Source: Eledone cirrhosa (taxonomy: Eukaryota). From it: a stretch of 64,000 nt of DNA. The notes below the pieces were generated by a model, which saw nothing but the letters and a program-made list of their open reading frames with translations, was not told the DNA's origin and did not search any database. The position numbers and the translations under genes are program-made. The DNA lies in assembly GCA_964016885.1 (NCBI GenBank), contig OZ024741.1, forward strand, positions 164,858,001 to 164,922,000, written 5' to 3'. Shown piece after piece: positions 50,170 to 63,754 of this stretch (its first letter is position 1; the number at the start of each line of letters is the position of its first letter).

Positions 50170-52505
50170 ACACACACACTTTCTCTTTCTCTCACTATCT
50201 CTCTCTTTCTCCTCACCCCCAATTCCACACACACACACACTTGCACCTTCTCTCACTATCTCTCTCTTTCTCCTCACCCCCAATTTCACACACACACACA
50301 CTTGCACCTTCTCTCACTATGTCTCTCTTTCTCCTCACCCCCAATTCCACACACACACACACACTTGCACCTTCTCTCACTATCTCTCTCTTTCTCCTCA
50401 CCCCCAATTCCACACACACACACACTTGCACCTTCTCTCACTATCTCTCTCTTTCTCCTCACCCCCAATTCCACACACACTTGCACCTTCTCTCACTATC
50501 TCTCTCTTTCTCCTCACCCCCAATTCCACACACACACACACTTGCACCTTCTCTCACTATCTCTCTCTTTCTCCTCACCCCCAATTCCACACACACACAC
50601 ACTTGCACCTTCTCTCACTATCTCTCTCTTTCTCCTCACCCCCAATTCCACACACACACACACTTGCACCTTCTCTCACTATCTCTCTCTTTCTCCTCAC
50701 CCCCAATTCCACACACACACACACTTGCACCTTCTCTCACTATCTCTCTCTTTCTCCTCACCCCCAATTCCACACACACACACACTTGCACCTTCTCTCA
50801 CTATCTCTCTCTTTCTCCTCACCCCCAATTCCACACACACACACACTTGCACCTTCTCTCACTATCTCTCTCTTTCTCCTCACCCCCAATTCCACACACA
50901 CACACACACTTTCTCTTTCTCTCACTATCTCTCTCTTTCTCCTCACCCCCAATTCCACACACACTTGCACCTTCTCTCACTATCTCTCTCTTTCTCCTCA
51001 CCCCCAATTCCACACACACACACACTTTCTCTTTCTCTCACTCCCAATTCCACACACACACACACTTGCACCTTCTCTCACTATCTCTCTATTTCTCCTC
51101 ATCCCCAATTCCACACACACACACACACTTTCTCTTTCTCTCACTATCTCTCTCTTTCTCCTCACCCCCAATTCCACACACACACACACTTGCACCTTCT
51201 CTCACTATGTCTCTCTTTCTCCTCACCCCCAATTCCACACACACACACACTTTCTCTTTCTCTCACTATCTCTCTCTTTCGCCTCACCCCCAATTCCACA
51301 CACACACACACTTTCTCTTTCTCTCACTATCTCTCTCTTTCTCCTCACCCCCAATTCCACACACACACACACTTTCTCTTTCTCTCACTATCTCTCTCTT
51401 TCTCCTCACCCCCAATTCCACACACACACACACTTTCTCTTTCTCTCACTATCTCTCTCTTTCTCCTCACCCCCAATTCCACACACACACACACACACAC
51501 ACACTTGCACCTTCTCTCACTATCTCTCTCTTTCTCCTCACCCCCAATTCCACACACACACACACACACACACACTTTCTCTTTCTCTCACTATGTCTCT
51601 CTTTCTCCTCACCCCCAATTTCACACACACACACACTTGCACCTTCTCTCACTATCTCTCTCTTTCTCCTCACCCCCAATTCCACACACTCACACACTTG
51701 CACCTTCTCTCACTATCTCTCTCTTTCTCCTCACCCCCAATTCCACACACTCACACACTTGCACCTTCTCTCACTATCTCTCTCTTTCTCCTCACCCCCA
51801 ATTCCACACACACACACACACACACACACTTTCTCTTTCTCTCACTGTCTCTCTTTCTCCTCACCCCCAATTCCACACACACACACACTTGCACCTTCTC
51901 TCACTATCTCTCTCTTTCTCCTCACCCCCAATTCCACACACTCACACACTTGCACCTTCTCTCACTATCTCTCTCTTTCTCCTCACCCCCAATTCCACAC
52001 ACACACACACTTGCACCTTCTCTCACTATCTCTCTCTTTCTCCTCACCCCCAATTCCACACACTCACACACTTGCACCTTCTCTCACTATCTCTCTCCTC
52101 ACCCCCAATTCCACACACACACACACTTGCACCTTCTCTCACTATCTCTCTCTTTCTCCTCACCCCCAATTCCACACACTCACACACTTGCACCTTCTCT
52201 CACTATCTCTCTCCTCACCCCCAATTCCACACACACACACACTTGCACCTTCTCTCACTATCTCTCTCTTTCTCCTCACCCCCAATTCCACACACTCACA
52301 CACTTGCACCTTCTCTCACTATCTCTCTCTTTCTCCTCACCCCCAATTCCACACACACACACACTTGCACCTTCTCTCACTATCTCTCTCTTTCTCCTCA
52401 CCCCCAATTCCACACACACACACACTTGCACCTTCTCTCACTATCTCTCTCTTTCTCCTCACCCCCAATTCCACACACACTTGCACCTTCTCTCACTATC
52501 TCTCT
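50170..52505. repeat. ~61-bp pyrimidine/CA-rich minisatellite, ~38 units
   Basis: Unit TTGCACCTTCTCTCACTATCTCTCTCTTTCTCCTCACCCCCAATTC(CA)n with variable (CA)n. Confidence 0.97.
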
Positions 52506-52828
52506 TCCTTTCCCTAGAAGAACTGGAGAGGAGATGGATTCCATCAGGTATAAACTATCCACTATGAGGTGCCTCTACTACTCCACCAAGTGTTAAGGGG
52601 GGCAATAGAATGGTACAATAGAAAGCTCAAAGTTTATTTATAATCAATCATCAATTCAAAAATGAACGTTATCTAATTTATTATTAGTTAATTATTCTGA
52701 TTAAATATTCACAAATCACATAAAAAAACATGTTTGCTATTGAACACTATTGGGAATGGAAGTCAACAAATAATGTTGAATGGTTTACACAACTGACACT
52801 GGAGTATTTCTGTTATGTGGTACTTCAA

Positions 52829-52973
52829 CAACTACTACTACTACAACTACAACAATTACTACAACTACTACTACTACAACAACTACTACTACTACTACTA
52901 CTACTACTACAACTACTACAACTACTGCTACTACTATAACTACTACCACTACTACTACTACAACTACTACTAC
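52829..52973. repeat. (ACT)n/(ACA)n microsatellite
   Basis: Read directly. Confidence 0.95.
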
Positions 52974-53408
52974 TTGGACACTATTATTGAGGGAGATGTG
53001 TCTTCTCTGATTAAAGTAATATCAGAGAATTGGGCCTTTTTTATTTTTTTTTAATAGAAATTATAAATTTGAATGTTTTCCATTAAAAGATAAGAGAAAT
53101 GGGTTAATATTGAGTTAGTTAGATACTGAAAATTCAAACTTGCTGCATGAGATATCTCAGATGATTATTTATAGTAATCAATATGATGTGCTGTTATCCC
53201 ACAGAGACACTTTGAATCAGCACAAGCAAAATATTATGAATGAATATAAAATTCAGAATGTAATGAATTTGCAAATGGCTAATTGAGTTTTGGTTTTTGT
53301 TTATCCCCTTACTCCCAGTTAATTTTATTGAATGTCAATTTTATTTATCAGTTGTTATTTCAGAAAGATGTGTGTGTGTGTCTGAGTGAGTGTATGTGTG
53401 TGTGTACG

Positions 53409-53786
53409 TGTGAGTGAGTGAGTGAGTGAGTGAGTGAGTGAGTGAGTGAGTGAGTGAGTGAGTGAGTGTGTGAGTGAGTGAGTGAGTGAGTGAGTGAGTG
53501 TGTGAGTGAGTGAGTGAGTGAGTGAGTGAGTGAGTGAGTGAGTGAGTGAATGAGTGAGTGAGTGAGTGAATGAGTGAGTGAGTGAGTGTATGAGTGAGTG
53601 AGTGAGTGAATGAGTGAGTGAATGAGTGAGTGAGTGAGTGAGTGTATGAGTGAGTGAGTGAGTGTATGAGTGAGTGAGTGAGTGAGTGTATGAGTGAGTG
53701 AGTGAGTGAGTGAGTGAGTGTATGAGTGAGTGAGTGAGTGTATGAGTGAGTGAGTGAGTGAGTGTGTGAGTGAGTGAGTGAGTGTG
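53409..53786. repeat. (GTGA)n microsatellite
   Basis: Read directly. Confidence 0.95.
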
Positions 53787-53929
53787 TATCAAGTTGGCTT
53801 ATGAATTGATGGTAAATTAGAAATTTGAAAATATAGAGATCCCAACACATTACAATGATAGTTGATCACTAGAAATAACAGTTAAAATCCCAGATAAAGT
53901 AAATACTCCTGGATATGGAAAAAAGTGTA

Positions 53930-54143
53930 TTAACCCGTTAACATTTAAACCAGCTGTATCCGGCCATCATTCTCTCACCTCTTTCTGTTCAAACTGGCTG
54001 TAATTGGCCACTCATACTGATGTTAAGGTATTATTCTCAAAATGAATAATATCAAAATCTCATTCATTCAATATTATGTGAGATAAAGACTTTACCACAG
54101 AAATACAATAGTACACAGTAAATAGTAAATGCTAAAGGGTTAA
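53930..54143. mobile_element. piggyBac-type MITE
   Basis: TTAA-CCCGTTAACATTT...AAATGCTAAAGGG-TTAA. Confidence 0.85.
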
Positions 54144-54860
54144 CCATTATATTGAGGGGTTTTGATAGCACATAGCTGTCCTTTTTAGATTTAAAAGCCT
54201 GTAGCTGGAATGTAAACATCTGGTTGGATTATAAAGAGTTGAGGAATTTGAAATGTAGTCAAAGGAATGCAAGTCCAAAAATCCTTTATTTTTGAAACAT
54301 TTGATAAAAATGTAAAATATTTATGAATATGTTATACAATAAATATTAGTCATGACAGATTACAACGATGACATGTAATTGAGTATGATTTGTTAGTATG
54401 TACCATACTCAAAGCTTTAGGTACCCATCCAATATGAGCAGACAGAGACACTCTCTTAACCCTCCCTCACTTGATCCAGTGGAACATCAGAGATGTGACA
54501 AATGGAAGGAGAAAGGGTTACACCAGTATTGGTCTGGTTACTTTCTTCAAAACTTCTTGGCTTCCCAAAATTCGCCAACACTACACCTGATATTTCCCCT
54601 CCATACACACGTACGTATGTATCTGTGTGTATATCATGACTCATACACTCTTCACTTTCCTCACATTTGTACATTATTCTATATACTATAGATGGATTGG
54701 CAGTATCGGTAGAGGGTCGGACGCCATTCTGAGTTCAAATCCCGCCGAGGTTAACTTTGCCTTTCATCCTTACGGGGTCGATAAAATAAAGTACCAGTAA
54801 TGCACTGGGTAATTGCTGGCCTTGTGCCAACAGTAGGAACAATTATTCTATATACTATAC

Positions 54861-56929
54861 GTTGTGGGGGGGTCGAAAAACAACCCCTTTAAGGAACCTT
54901 AATTACACTGTATGCACAGAGTTTCAAATAATATTTAAAATAAAATATATGAAAATTAGGGTTATATGACCCCACCATACCCCTCACATACACCCCCGCA
55001 ATTAAATACCCTAATTTTCTATATTAATCATATAATCTCTAACACATATATACTAAATTGATTATGGATATGAAACATTTGATCATATTTCACTGTAGAA
55101 ACCTTGTTTAAAACATCTGATGAGTAAAGATAGCAAACACATTGAGATATAAGACAATAGGTAGGTACATGGTAAAATTACAACTTTTCAATGTGTTAAA
55201 TGAATTTTTTTTTAGAAAATGTATACATTTGTTAAATGATTTTCTTTTGTTTTTCAGATTATTTCAGAACTAAATTGTATTATAATTTTACAAAAATACC
55301 TACATAAATTTAAACTGTAATAATTTAAGTATATAAAATTATATAATAATAATAATAATAATAAAATTATTGTGTAAAGTGCTCAGGTGCACTACAACTC
55401 GTCAAAGGTGTATGTATAGTACATAGAATAATACACAAATGTCAGGGAAGTACATGTGTGTATGTGTTAGCTGTAGTGTTGGCGGATCTCGGGAAGCATG
55501 GAGGCCTTAAAGGATGCAGTGTCTCGACAGCTAACAACTGATGCAGGTAGTTTGTTTCATGCTTCAGCAACTCTGAGCGTGAAAAAATGTTTCCGAAAGT
55601 CATGGGAACTGTGCTGTTTTCTTACTTTGTAGGCATGTCCACGTGTGTTAGACACATGGAAATCAAAAAGGTACTCAGGGTTGTTGTTGTAATGACAACT
55701 AGAAGTAAAAGCTGTAATTCAACATTTGGATTTCCTGCAGAATTTCCTACAGCAATGACCCCATCAAAGGCTCATGTATTCCGACATTATTTATACATAA
55801 GAAAATGTGAAGAACAGATATCAAAAACCTCACCCACAGCGAAAGAATGCTACTGGATTGTTACTGCAGATGTGCAAACAATATGGAACAAATTTTCTTT
55901 TCCTTATATTGGGTTTGAGGGAATAGCTCTAGAAATTGAGAGATTGATTGAATCTGATTATAAGTTACACAAAACACCTATCAATCAGTTAGCAGCAAGA
56001 TCACCTGGTAAAATCCATGATGCAAGGTGGTTAACACGCACAAACAGAATTCTTCGCTTATATGTTTTGGAAAGAAATCCCCAAAAGAATATTATGGATC
56101 TTGTTAAAATCATAATGCAAGTTTATGCTCCAAGCTGGTTCTGGATTAAATCTCACCCAAAGCTACATGAAGGAGCAAGTAATGTTTGTTATATGGCACA
56201 TCTAATGCAAGATATGAACCAAGATCATAAAGAAGTTATGGAGAAATCGTTAAAAACAAATTCATATTTTGCACATCTGGAGAATATTTTACTGACTATG
56301 CTGAATGATAGAAGAAGACAAATTAGGGAAGTAGCAATTCAGCAAATTATTAAAGCAAGAACTTTTCCCCGAATGCCCTGAGAAGAATTAAGAAATTTCA
56401 AACTACCAAGCAAAATTAATTTTGAACACAGGATTATGTTGATTTGATTAACTGGGAAAATGAAATTATAACATCCCCTCCAGTTTTACTGAACTTTACA
56501 AATGTTGATCTTCTTAAAGCACATTCAGGACCATTAATAGCAATACCTCTTCACTGTCATAGCCATGGAGTCGAGCACACTATCAATTTAGTGACAAAAG
56601 CTTTTGAAGTCAGAACAGGCTACGAAAATAGGCTATGATTCATATTAAATGTACAGAATTCAAGACAAAGTCTACCTCACTTTGACTGGAAAAGACTACT
56701 GTCATTTAATTAAATAGTAAATACTATTAATGCTTATTTTATGGTATTCACTGCTCATGTATTTCGTTTGAGGTTCGTGCAGTTTTTTTTATTGCATATC
56801 ATAATAGTCATTAAGAATTTACATTATTTATACATTGCAAGTGCTTCTCTTAATATAGGCTTTTTTTTATAAAAAAAATTAATACAGACTATATAAATAA
56901 ATAGATTCCAATAACTGTTGTTTTCAGGT

Positions 56930-56960
<31 letters not shown>

Positions 56961-57200
56961 GGGCATATAATTTATAAAAAGTTATATAGGTATATTTAAC
57001 TAATACAAAGTTAATAGCATTAAAACAAGTTTACAGCTCCTTAATTTTCAGTATTCAAAATGCAGAATTGGGGGCACTATGCAAGGGGGTAGGGTGATCG
57101 CATACTTTTTAAAATTTGTTACTTTATTTCTCACACCAAAATGAACACCAATCAATATGTGGAATCAGAATATAAAATTTCAACCCCTCCCCCGCTCCCC
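54861..57200 (+). mobile_element. DNA transposon relic, probably hAT superfamily (hATm-like), internally deleted
   Basis: Transposase-like frames 55692-56700: PGKIHDARWLTRTNRILRLY, NSYFAHLENILL, INF..DY..INW, HCHSHGVEHTINLVT. Apparent 8-bp TSD TACTATAC/TATTATAC. G-rich degenerate termini. Confidence 0.65.
55344..55689 (-). mobile_element. CR1 3' fragment inserted just upstream of the transposase ATG
   Basis: Near-identical to 39802-40130. Confidence 0.9.
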
Positions 57201-57858
57201 TATTATACATGCACCTTTGATGAGTTGTAGTGCACCTGAGCACTGTACACAATAATTTTCATTATTGTTATTATCATTATTTATCAACCTGCACGATTCC
57301 CAGAACAAATATCTAACACTGTAATGAGTCTGCCACAATAAGTGGCACAGTTGAATTGCTGCAAACACTGGGAAATATTTCACTAAGAAAACTGTCAAGC
57401 ATTAAGTAGGTTTCATTGGAACATTTTAACTCAGAACTATTGACCTCTTTGATGAGTCAGGAGCCTGCATACCACTTACATATATTCCTGCCCACTAGAG
57501 AGTGCACTGGAGTGTTTTATTGTGAACCAGTACTAGGGTGACTGTCATGTCTTTGACACAGCTGAAGAGTTCTCCCAACATTTTGTTCACTTTTGCATCT
57601 TACAAAAAAATGTTAAAAATAAAATATAAAAGTTATATTTATCAAATTTGCTTCTTTTACTTTGTCTGGGCCTGTGATTTACAAACTATATTAAAGTGTA
57701 CCAGAAGATCTTTAGCATACAAGGGGTGGGTGTTAAAATATGTCTCAGTACAAAAAATTAACTATATTTCAATTAACATTTTGAGGGATTTTTGAGGGAT
57801 TTTTAAAATTATTTAATATTTTTCATAACTAAGATAGTAAATTGACATATGGTTCTTA

Positions 57859-58199
57859 TAATAATAATAATGAAATTATTGTGTACAGTGCTCAGGTGCA
57901 CTACAACTCATCAAAAGTGCATGTATAGTAGATAGAATAATTGTTTCTATTTTTGGCACAAGGCCAACAATTATCCCAGTGCATTACTGGTACTTTATTT
58001 TATCAACCCCCGTAAGGATGAAAGGCAAAGTTAATCTCAGCAGGATTTGAACTCAGACCGTAAAGGGATGTAATTCTATGCTGCAAAGCATGGCATCAGA
58101 CCCTCTACTGATACTGCCAAATAATGTACAAATGTCAGGAAAGTGAACAGTGTATGAGTCATGATATACATGTGTGTGTGTGTATGGAGGGGGGAACAT
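57859..58199 (-). mobile_element. CR1 3' UTR split by a family-2 SINE (57940-58119)
   Basis: CR1 UTR ...TAGAATAA|TGTACAAATGTCAGG is interrupted by a same-strand SINE. Confidence 0.85.
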
Positions 58200-58879
58200 T
58201 ATCTTGGAGTATTTTAAAGGAGTTGTTTTGTTTCATAGGACTAGGGACAGTTTTGAATGGATTGGTAATGAAATGATTAAATATAGTATCCGGAGGTATT
58301 TTTGTTTTGCCTAAATAGGTTGGAATGGTAAAATGGTTGTAGCTAGATAAATATCATGAAAACTATAGAATGGTTGAGGCCAGTCTAATGTGATACAGTT
58401 GTAACAAAATAATGTAAAAAGAAAATGTTATGTAGATATAAGACTCTTGTGTACCAGAAAATATGTACAGTCTCACTATAAAAACACATCAATATGTCCA
58501 CATATCTACTGTTTACAAACACAGCAAAATATGGTAAAATAAACATTTTGGTTCCTTGTCTTGTGTTTGATTGTTTTTTTTTTATCTTAAAAACAACCAG
58601 AGAAGAAGTTAAAAGATGTACATGAAATATGATGACAGCTTACAAGATGATAGAAGAGAAACACAGAATATATGTTAGCATGTCAATAGATATTGGAATC
58701 AAAATAGACAACAAAGACAACAGTTTAGATAGAGGAAATTTAACTATAACAACTAAAAAAAGAATGTGCTTTATAAATGAATGTTATATTGACAGTTGTA
58801 CAGTGAGTGTATGGGATTGAAAGAAATCTGTTGAAAGAACAAATAATTCAAATGGTGCAATACACACACACACACATAT

Positions 58880-58915
58880 ATATAGATATCTATAGATAGA
58901 TAGGTAGGTATATAT

Positions 58916-58982
<67 letters not shown>

Positions 58983-58989
58983 GATAGAT

Positions 58990-59034
<45 letters not shown>

Positions 59035-59060
59035 TAGATAGGTAGATAGATATAGATATA
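58880..59060. repeat. (GATA)n/(TA)n microsatellite
   Basis: Read directly. Confidence 0.9.
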
Positions 59061-60870
59061 TTTCATGTGATGAAGAAGTAGAGAGGTCAAACTGCAATAA
59101 TGTGGAAGGGAACCTTTTGTCTTGTTCAAGACAAAGATATCTCTACATGTAAAACGAAAATAGGATGAATGAGATAGACAGAGAAGAAAGAGTAAAGGTT
59201 TGGATGGTCAAACTGAGGAGAGAAAAAAAGAAATGTCTGTGGGAGTGAGCAATAATGAAACTTTTGGGGGCAAGGGGAAAGTCAATTAAATCAACCCAAG
59301 TGCATTACTGGTGCTTTATTCTATCGACCCCGTAATGATCAAAGGCAAAGCTAACCGTGGCGGGATTTGAACTCAAAACATAAAGGGCCGTAACTCTATG
59401 CTGCAAAGCATGGTGTCTGACACACCACAAGCAAACACTATACAGACATACATGCACACACATACACATACTGACACACATGTGTATATTGAAAGAAAGA
59501 CACACACATATATATAGATGCATGCACTGGAGCTTTGTTTTGATGATGAGTGTTCTAGTTATTTGATCAACAGAACAGCCTACTTCTGAAATTAGTGTCT
59601 AAGTAGCTGAACATATTCTTAGCTGAATTTTCATCAAGATTTAGCATGATACAATGTGTGACAAAGGTCACTGGCTCTTTAAATTACAAAGTATAGTCCT
59701 TTTGATGAGATCCAAACAGTTTCTGTTTACCCAATTTCACTCTCAAGACATGGGTTGGTCTGAAGCTATTGTAAACAAGACTTGCCTAAAATGCCACACA
59801 GTGGGATTGAACCTGGGAACTAACGATTGTGAAGTGAACTTTTTAATCATTCAGCCATGCTGAATCTATAGATGCATATATGATATATATATATATATAT
59901 TAAATGTATAGGAAAAACAAATACTAGTTGTGAAGTATAGAAAAAGTGAAGAATTTTATCAAAAGTTTGTTCTTTAACATATGTTTCAATACAATATAAG
60001 TCTACAGAATGCTGGTTGTATAATAATATTATTATTATTATGCTCATTTACTAGCAGTACATTAAATATTGGATTTGTTCAGAAAGATTTCAAAAAGAAT
60101 ACAAAGTACGAGGTAAGTTTGTCGCATCTTGCAGTAAAAATATTTCTACTGCTATCTGCTGTGAATAAAAGGCAACTGGACTAAGAAGAGGTAGAACAGA
60201 TATAATTTGGAGGGACAGAAAGAGGGGGAAATAAGTCATAAAAAAAAAAAAAAAAAAAATTAGCAATGAAAAAGTAATGAGATAGAATAAAGACAAAAGA
60301 AAACACATATGGACACACACACACATATATACATAAAAAATAGTTTATCGCTCTACATGGCTGAATACAATAAATGTAATCTGAGTTTTGCAAATATTAA
60401 TAATAATATTTGATTCGTTTGCAATTATGCAAACAAGACTCAATTTTAAAGCCATGTCAGTAGAATGACCCCGTCATTCTTGCTCTTGTGTTGGCATGTA
60501 AACAGATATATGTATATATACATATATATATATATGTATATACATACACATATATATACACACCTACACAAATACATACAAAAGTACACAAATACATAAT
60601 GATCTTCCACACAGCATATATACACGCATACGCTCACTCACATGCATACACATACATATATACATATATGATTACATACATACACAAATACATGTACGCT
60701 CACATGTACATACACAAATACACTTATACGTATATAACATAAAACAACATATACTCGCCCATGCACATATACATACGTATTTACACATACTCATACACAT
60801 TCACACACAGGCAAATATATATATACATAAATCATATATATACTCATATATATATATATATATATATATA

Positions 60871-61074
60871 TAGGAACGAGTAGGACCCTGACGGCTGAGC
60901 TCAAGCCATTTCGACGGCTAATTCTGGACTAAAATGAGTCCAGAATTAGCCGTCGAAACGGCTTGAGCTCTGCCGTCCGGATCCTACTTGTTCCTATTAC
61001 CCACTCTACTACCCCTAAGTATTCAGTACTTTGATGTGTTATGGTCCATCTGGTTCCTTACCACATTTCCTTCG

Positions 61075-61076
<2 letters not shown>
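60871..61076 (+). mobile_element. Second copy of the (TA)n-embedded fold-back element
   Basis: Same arms and tail as 5014-5206, with a longer central stem-loop (TGGACT AAAATG AGTCCA). Confidence 0.8.
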
Positions 61077-61107
<31 letters not shown>

Positions 61108-61210
61108 TATACAACATACAAATAAATGCACACATGTCGATACTTATGCAGAGAAATACTGTCATACAAGAGTTAAAGTATACACATTTTAAGTAGCGAG
61201 TAAGCATATA

Positions 61211-61929
61211 ATAATAATTGTTTCTACTTTTGGCACAAGGCCAGCAATTACCCCAGTGTATTACTGGTACTTTATTTAATCCATCATAAGGATGAAAGGC
61301 AAAGTTAACCTCGGCGGGACTTGAACTCAGACCATAAAGGGCCGTAACTCTTTGCTGCAAAGCATGGCGTCCGACTCTCTACCGATACTGCCAATCCACC
61401 GCTCTATCTAATAATTATTTCTACTTTTCGCACAAGGCCGAGAATTATCCCAGTGCATTACTGGTACTTTATTTTATCAACCTCGTAAAGATAAAAGGCT
61501 AAGTTAACCTCGGCGAGATTTCAACTCAGACCATAAAGGGCCATACTCTTTGCTGCAAAGCATGGCGTCCGGCCCTCTACCGATACTGCCAATCCACCGC
61601 CGTACCCTATATAATAATTGTTTTTACTTTTGGCACAATGCCAGCAATTATCTCAGTGTATTACTGGTACTTTATTTTATCGACCCGGTAAGGATGAAAG
61701 GCAAAGTTAACCTCGGCAGGATTTGAACTCAGAATGGCAAGGGCCGTAACTCTGCGTCAAAGCATGGCGTCCGGCCCTCTACTGATACTGCCAATCCACC
61801 GCCCTACCCTATATAATAATTGTTTTTACTTTTGGCACAATGCCAGCAATTATCCCAGTGTATTACTGGTACTTTATTTTATCGACCCCGTAAGGATGAA
61901 AGGTAAAGTTAACCTCGGCGGGATTTGAG
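61211..61929 (-). mobile_element. Tandem array of four family-2 SINEs
   Basis: ~200-bp period. Three copies end at GCCAATCCACCGC and the last is truncated at the B box. Confidence 0.9.
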
Positions 61930-62739
61930 GTTAATAATGATAATAAGAGAGGTAGGAAGTGGGGTAAGATCTAATTGCCAACATAGAAATCTAAGTACTT
62001 TTGCTAGGTACCACGTGGACTAGCATCTTTCCTTTCTCTTATCTAGATATCTTATTCCTATTTTAGTTCCTCTATACCCCTCTAGCTTGCATATTGAATT
62101 TGTTCTCCTCTTTATCCACATACTTTGCTCTTGCCCTATGTTGTATGAAATTCACGTATTGTATAGGTATTGTAGAGAATGTCCAGCAAATTATTAAATT
62201 CGTGTATTTAACACTAACTTTATATATTAAATTTAAGAATATTATACATTACTTAGATGTTCTACAGAATGTATATATGACTTAGGCAAAGTATAATATA
62301 ATACACAACAGAAGTTGGTAATTTTCTTACCAAACTGAAATTCCTGAAAGCTAAACTAATTAGAAATATTCTGATGAACATAGTAATCATTATAGTCTTT
62401 TGTTTATTGCAGTAAGATAGTTGATTTAGCAGGATAGTTTGAGCATTACATTCTTGTTTCAGGTCTCTATGTTCTGAGTTCAAATCTCACCAAGGTTCAC
62501 TTTGTCTTTTATCCTCCCAGGTTCAATAAAGAAAGTACCAGGCCAGCTCTGGCGTAACTCTTTATCCTTGCAACTGCCCCATCTTGAATATTCTGCTGTA
62601 TCAAAGGAAGGAAGGTTGAGAGTGTGATTGTGTTTTTTTACGATGGCATAAGCACCAAAAACACTTAGTAAAAGCATGGTGCATACTACCATGTCATACT
62701 CAATTGCACAATACATCTTTCTTAATACAAAAACATTTC

Positions 62740-62965
62740 TTAACCCTTTAGCATTTAAACTGGCCATATCTGGCCAGAATTCTCTCACTGCTTTCTGTTC
62801 AAACTGACTGTAACCGGCCGTTCATACTGATGTTAAGGTATTGTTCTCAAAAGATATATCAAAATCTCACAGATTTGATATTATGTGAGATAATTATGAG
62901 AGGTAAAGCCTTTACCAGGAAAATATAATATTTTATATAGAGTAATTTAAATGCTAAAAGGTTAA
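62740..62965. mobile_element. piggyBac-type MITE
   Basis: TTAA-CCCTTTAGCATTTAAA...TTTAAATGCTAAAAGG-TTAA. Confidence 0.85.
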
Positions 62966-63575
62966 TAAAACACTTTGTCCTACACATGTACTTAATCCTT
63001 GCTGAGTTCTTGTAGATTGTTTATTGTAGGTTTGTTTATCAGAAAGGCTTCTTGTACACATAAACTGAGATCTAACATAAAGCTGTTTGAAAAGCCCTCA
63101 TGTTATGGTCAACTGTTGGACAGAGATAGACGAGGTGTAAAAATGGAAAGATCTGTGTTGTGAAGCAACCTTGAACAATATTGAATGAAAATGGAGGAGA
63201 AGGTAGATCTGCACAATGCACATGTGCAAAAGACTCACTATAAATAAATGTTATGATGATGATGGTGGAATGGGGTGGGGGTGCGGGGCAGTGGTTGTGA
63301 CGATGATGATGATTCAAGAAAGAACATTAATCAAACTACATACATCCATCACTTGTAACTCAATTTAAAAATTCAAATTGCCAAAAATATCATTAGTATT
63401 ATTGTGAAGTGAAATGGCAGAATCAGTAAAACATCAGACAATATGTTTTTCAACATATGTTGTCCTGGTACTTCACATTCAGAGTTCAAATCCCACTAAT
63501 ACTGACTTTGCCTTTCAATGTAATTGACATAATTGACTTTCCCCTCCCCTCAAAATTGCTGGTACTGTGCTCAAA

Positions 63576-63754
63576 TTAACCCTTTAGCATTTAAACTGGC
63601 CATATCCGGCCAGAATTCTCTCACCTTTTTCTATTTAAACTGGCCATAACTGACTGCTCATACTGATAGGCCATCATTCTGCTAGTGTAAGATAAAGCGT
63701 TTACCACAAAAATACAATAGTATATATAGAGTAACGTAAATGCTAAAGGGTTAA
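63576..63754. mobile_element. piggyBac-type MITE within SINE relics
   Basis: TTAA-CCCTTTAGCATTTA...TAAATGCTAAAGGG-TTAA. Confidence 0.85.

Larger units (their letters stand above)
54560..57281 (+). mobile_element. CR1 3' end split by a SINE (54691-54841) and a DNA transposon (54861-57200)
   Basis: CR1 UTR pieces 54560-54690 and 57201-57281 rejoin to the sequence seen at 7015-7210. The SINE has an 18-bp TSD ATTATTCTATATACTATA. Confidence 0.85.

Noticed and set aside
50107-52596. 700-830-aa Ser/His/Leu/Thr ORFs
   Set aside because: All three plus frames are open because the repeat strand lacks stop codons.
55587-55691. N-terminus of the 264-aa ORF as part of the protein
   Set aside because: It is antisense CR1 sequence. 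The transposase-like part starts at ATG 55692.
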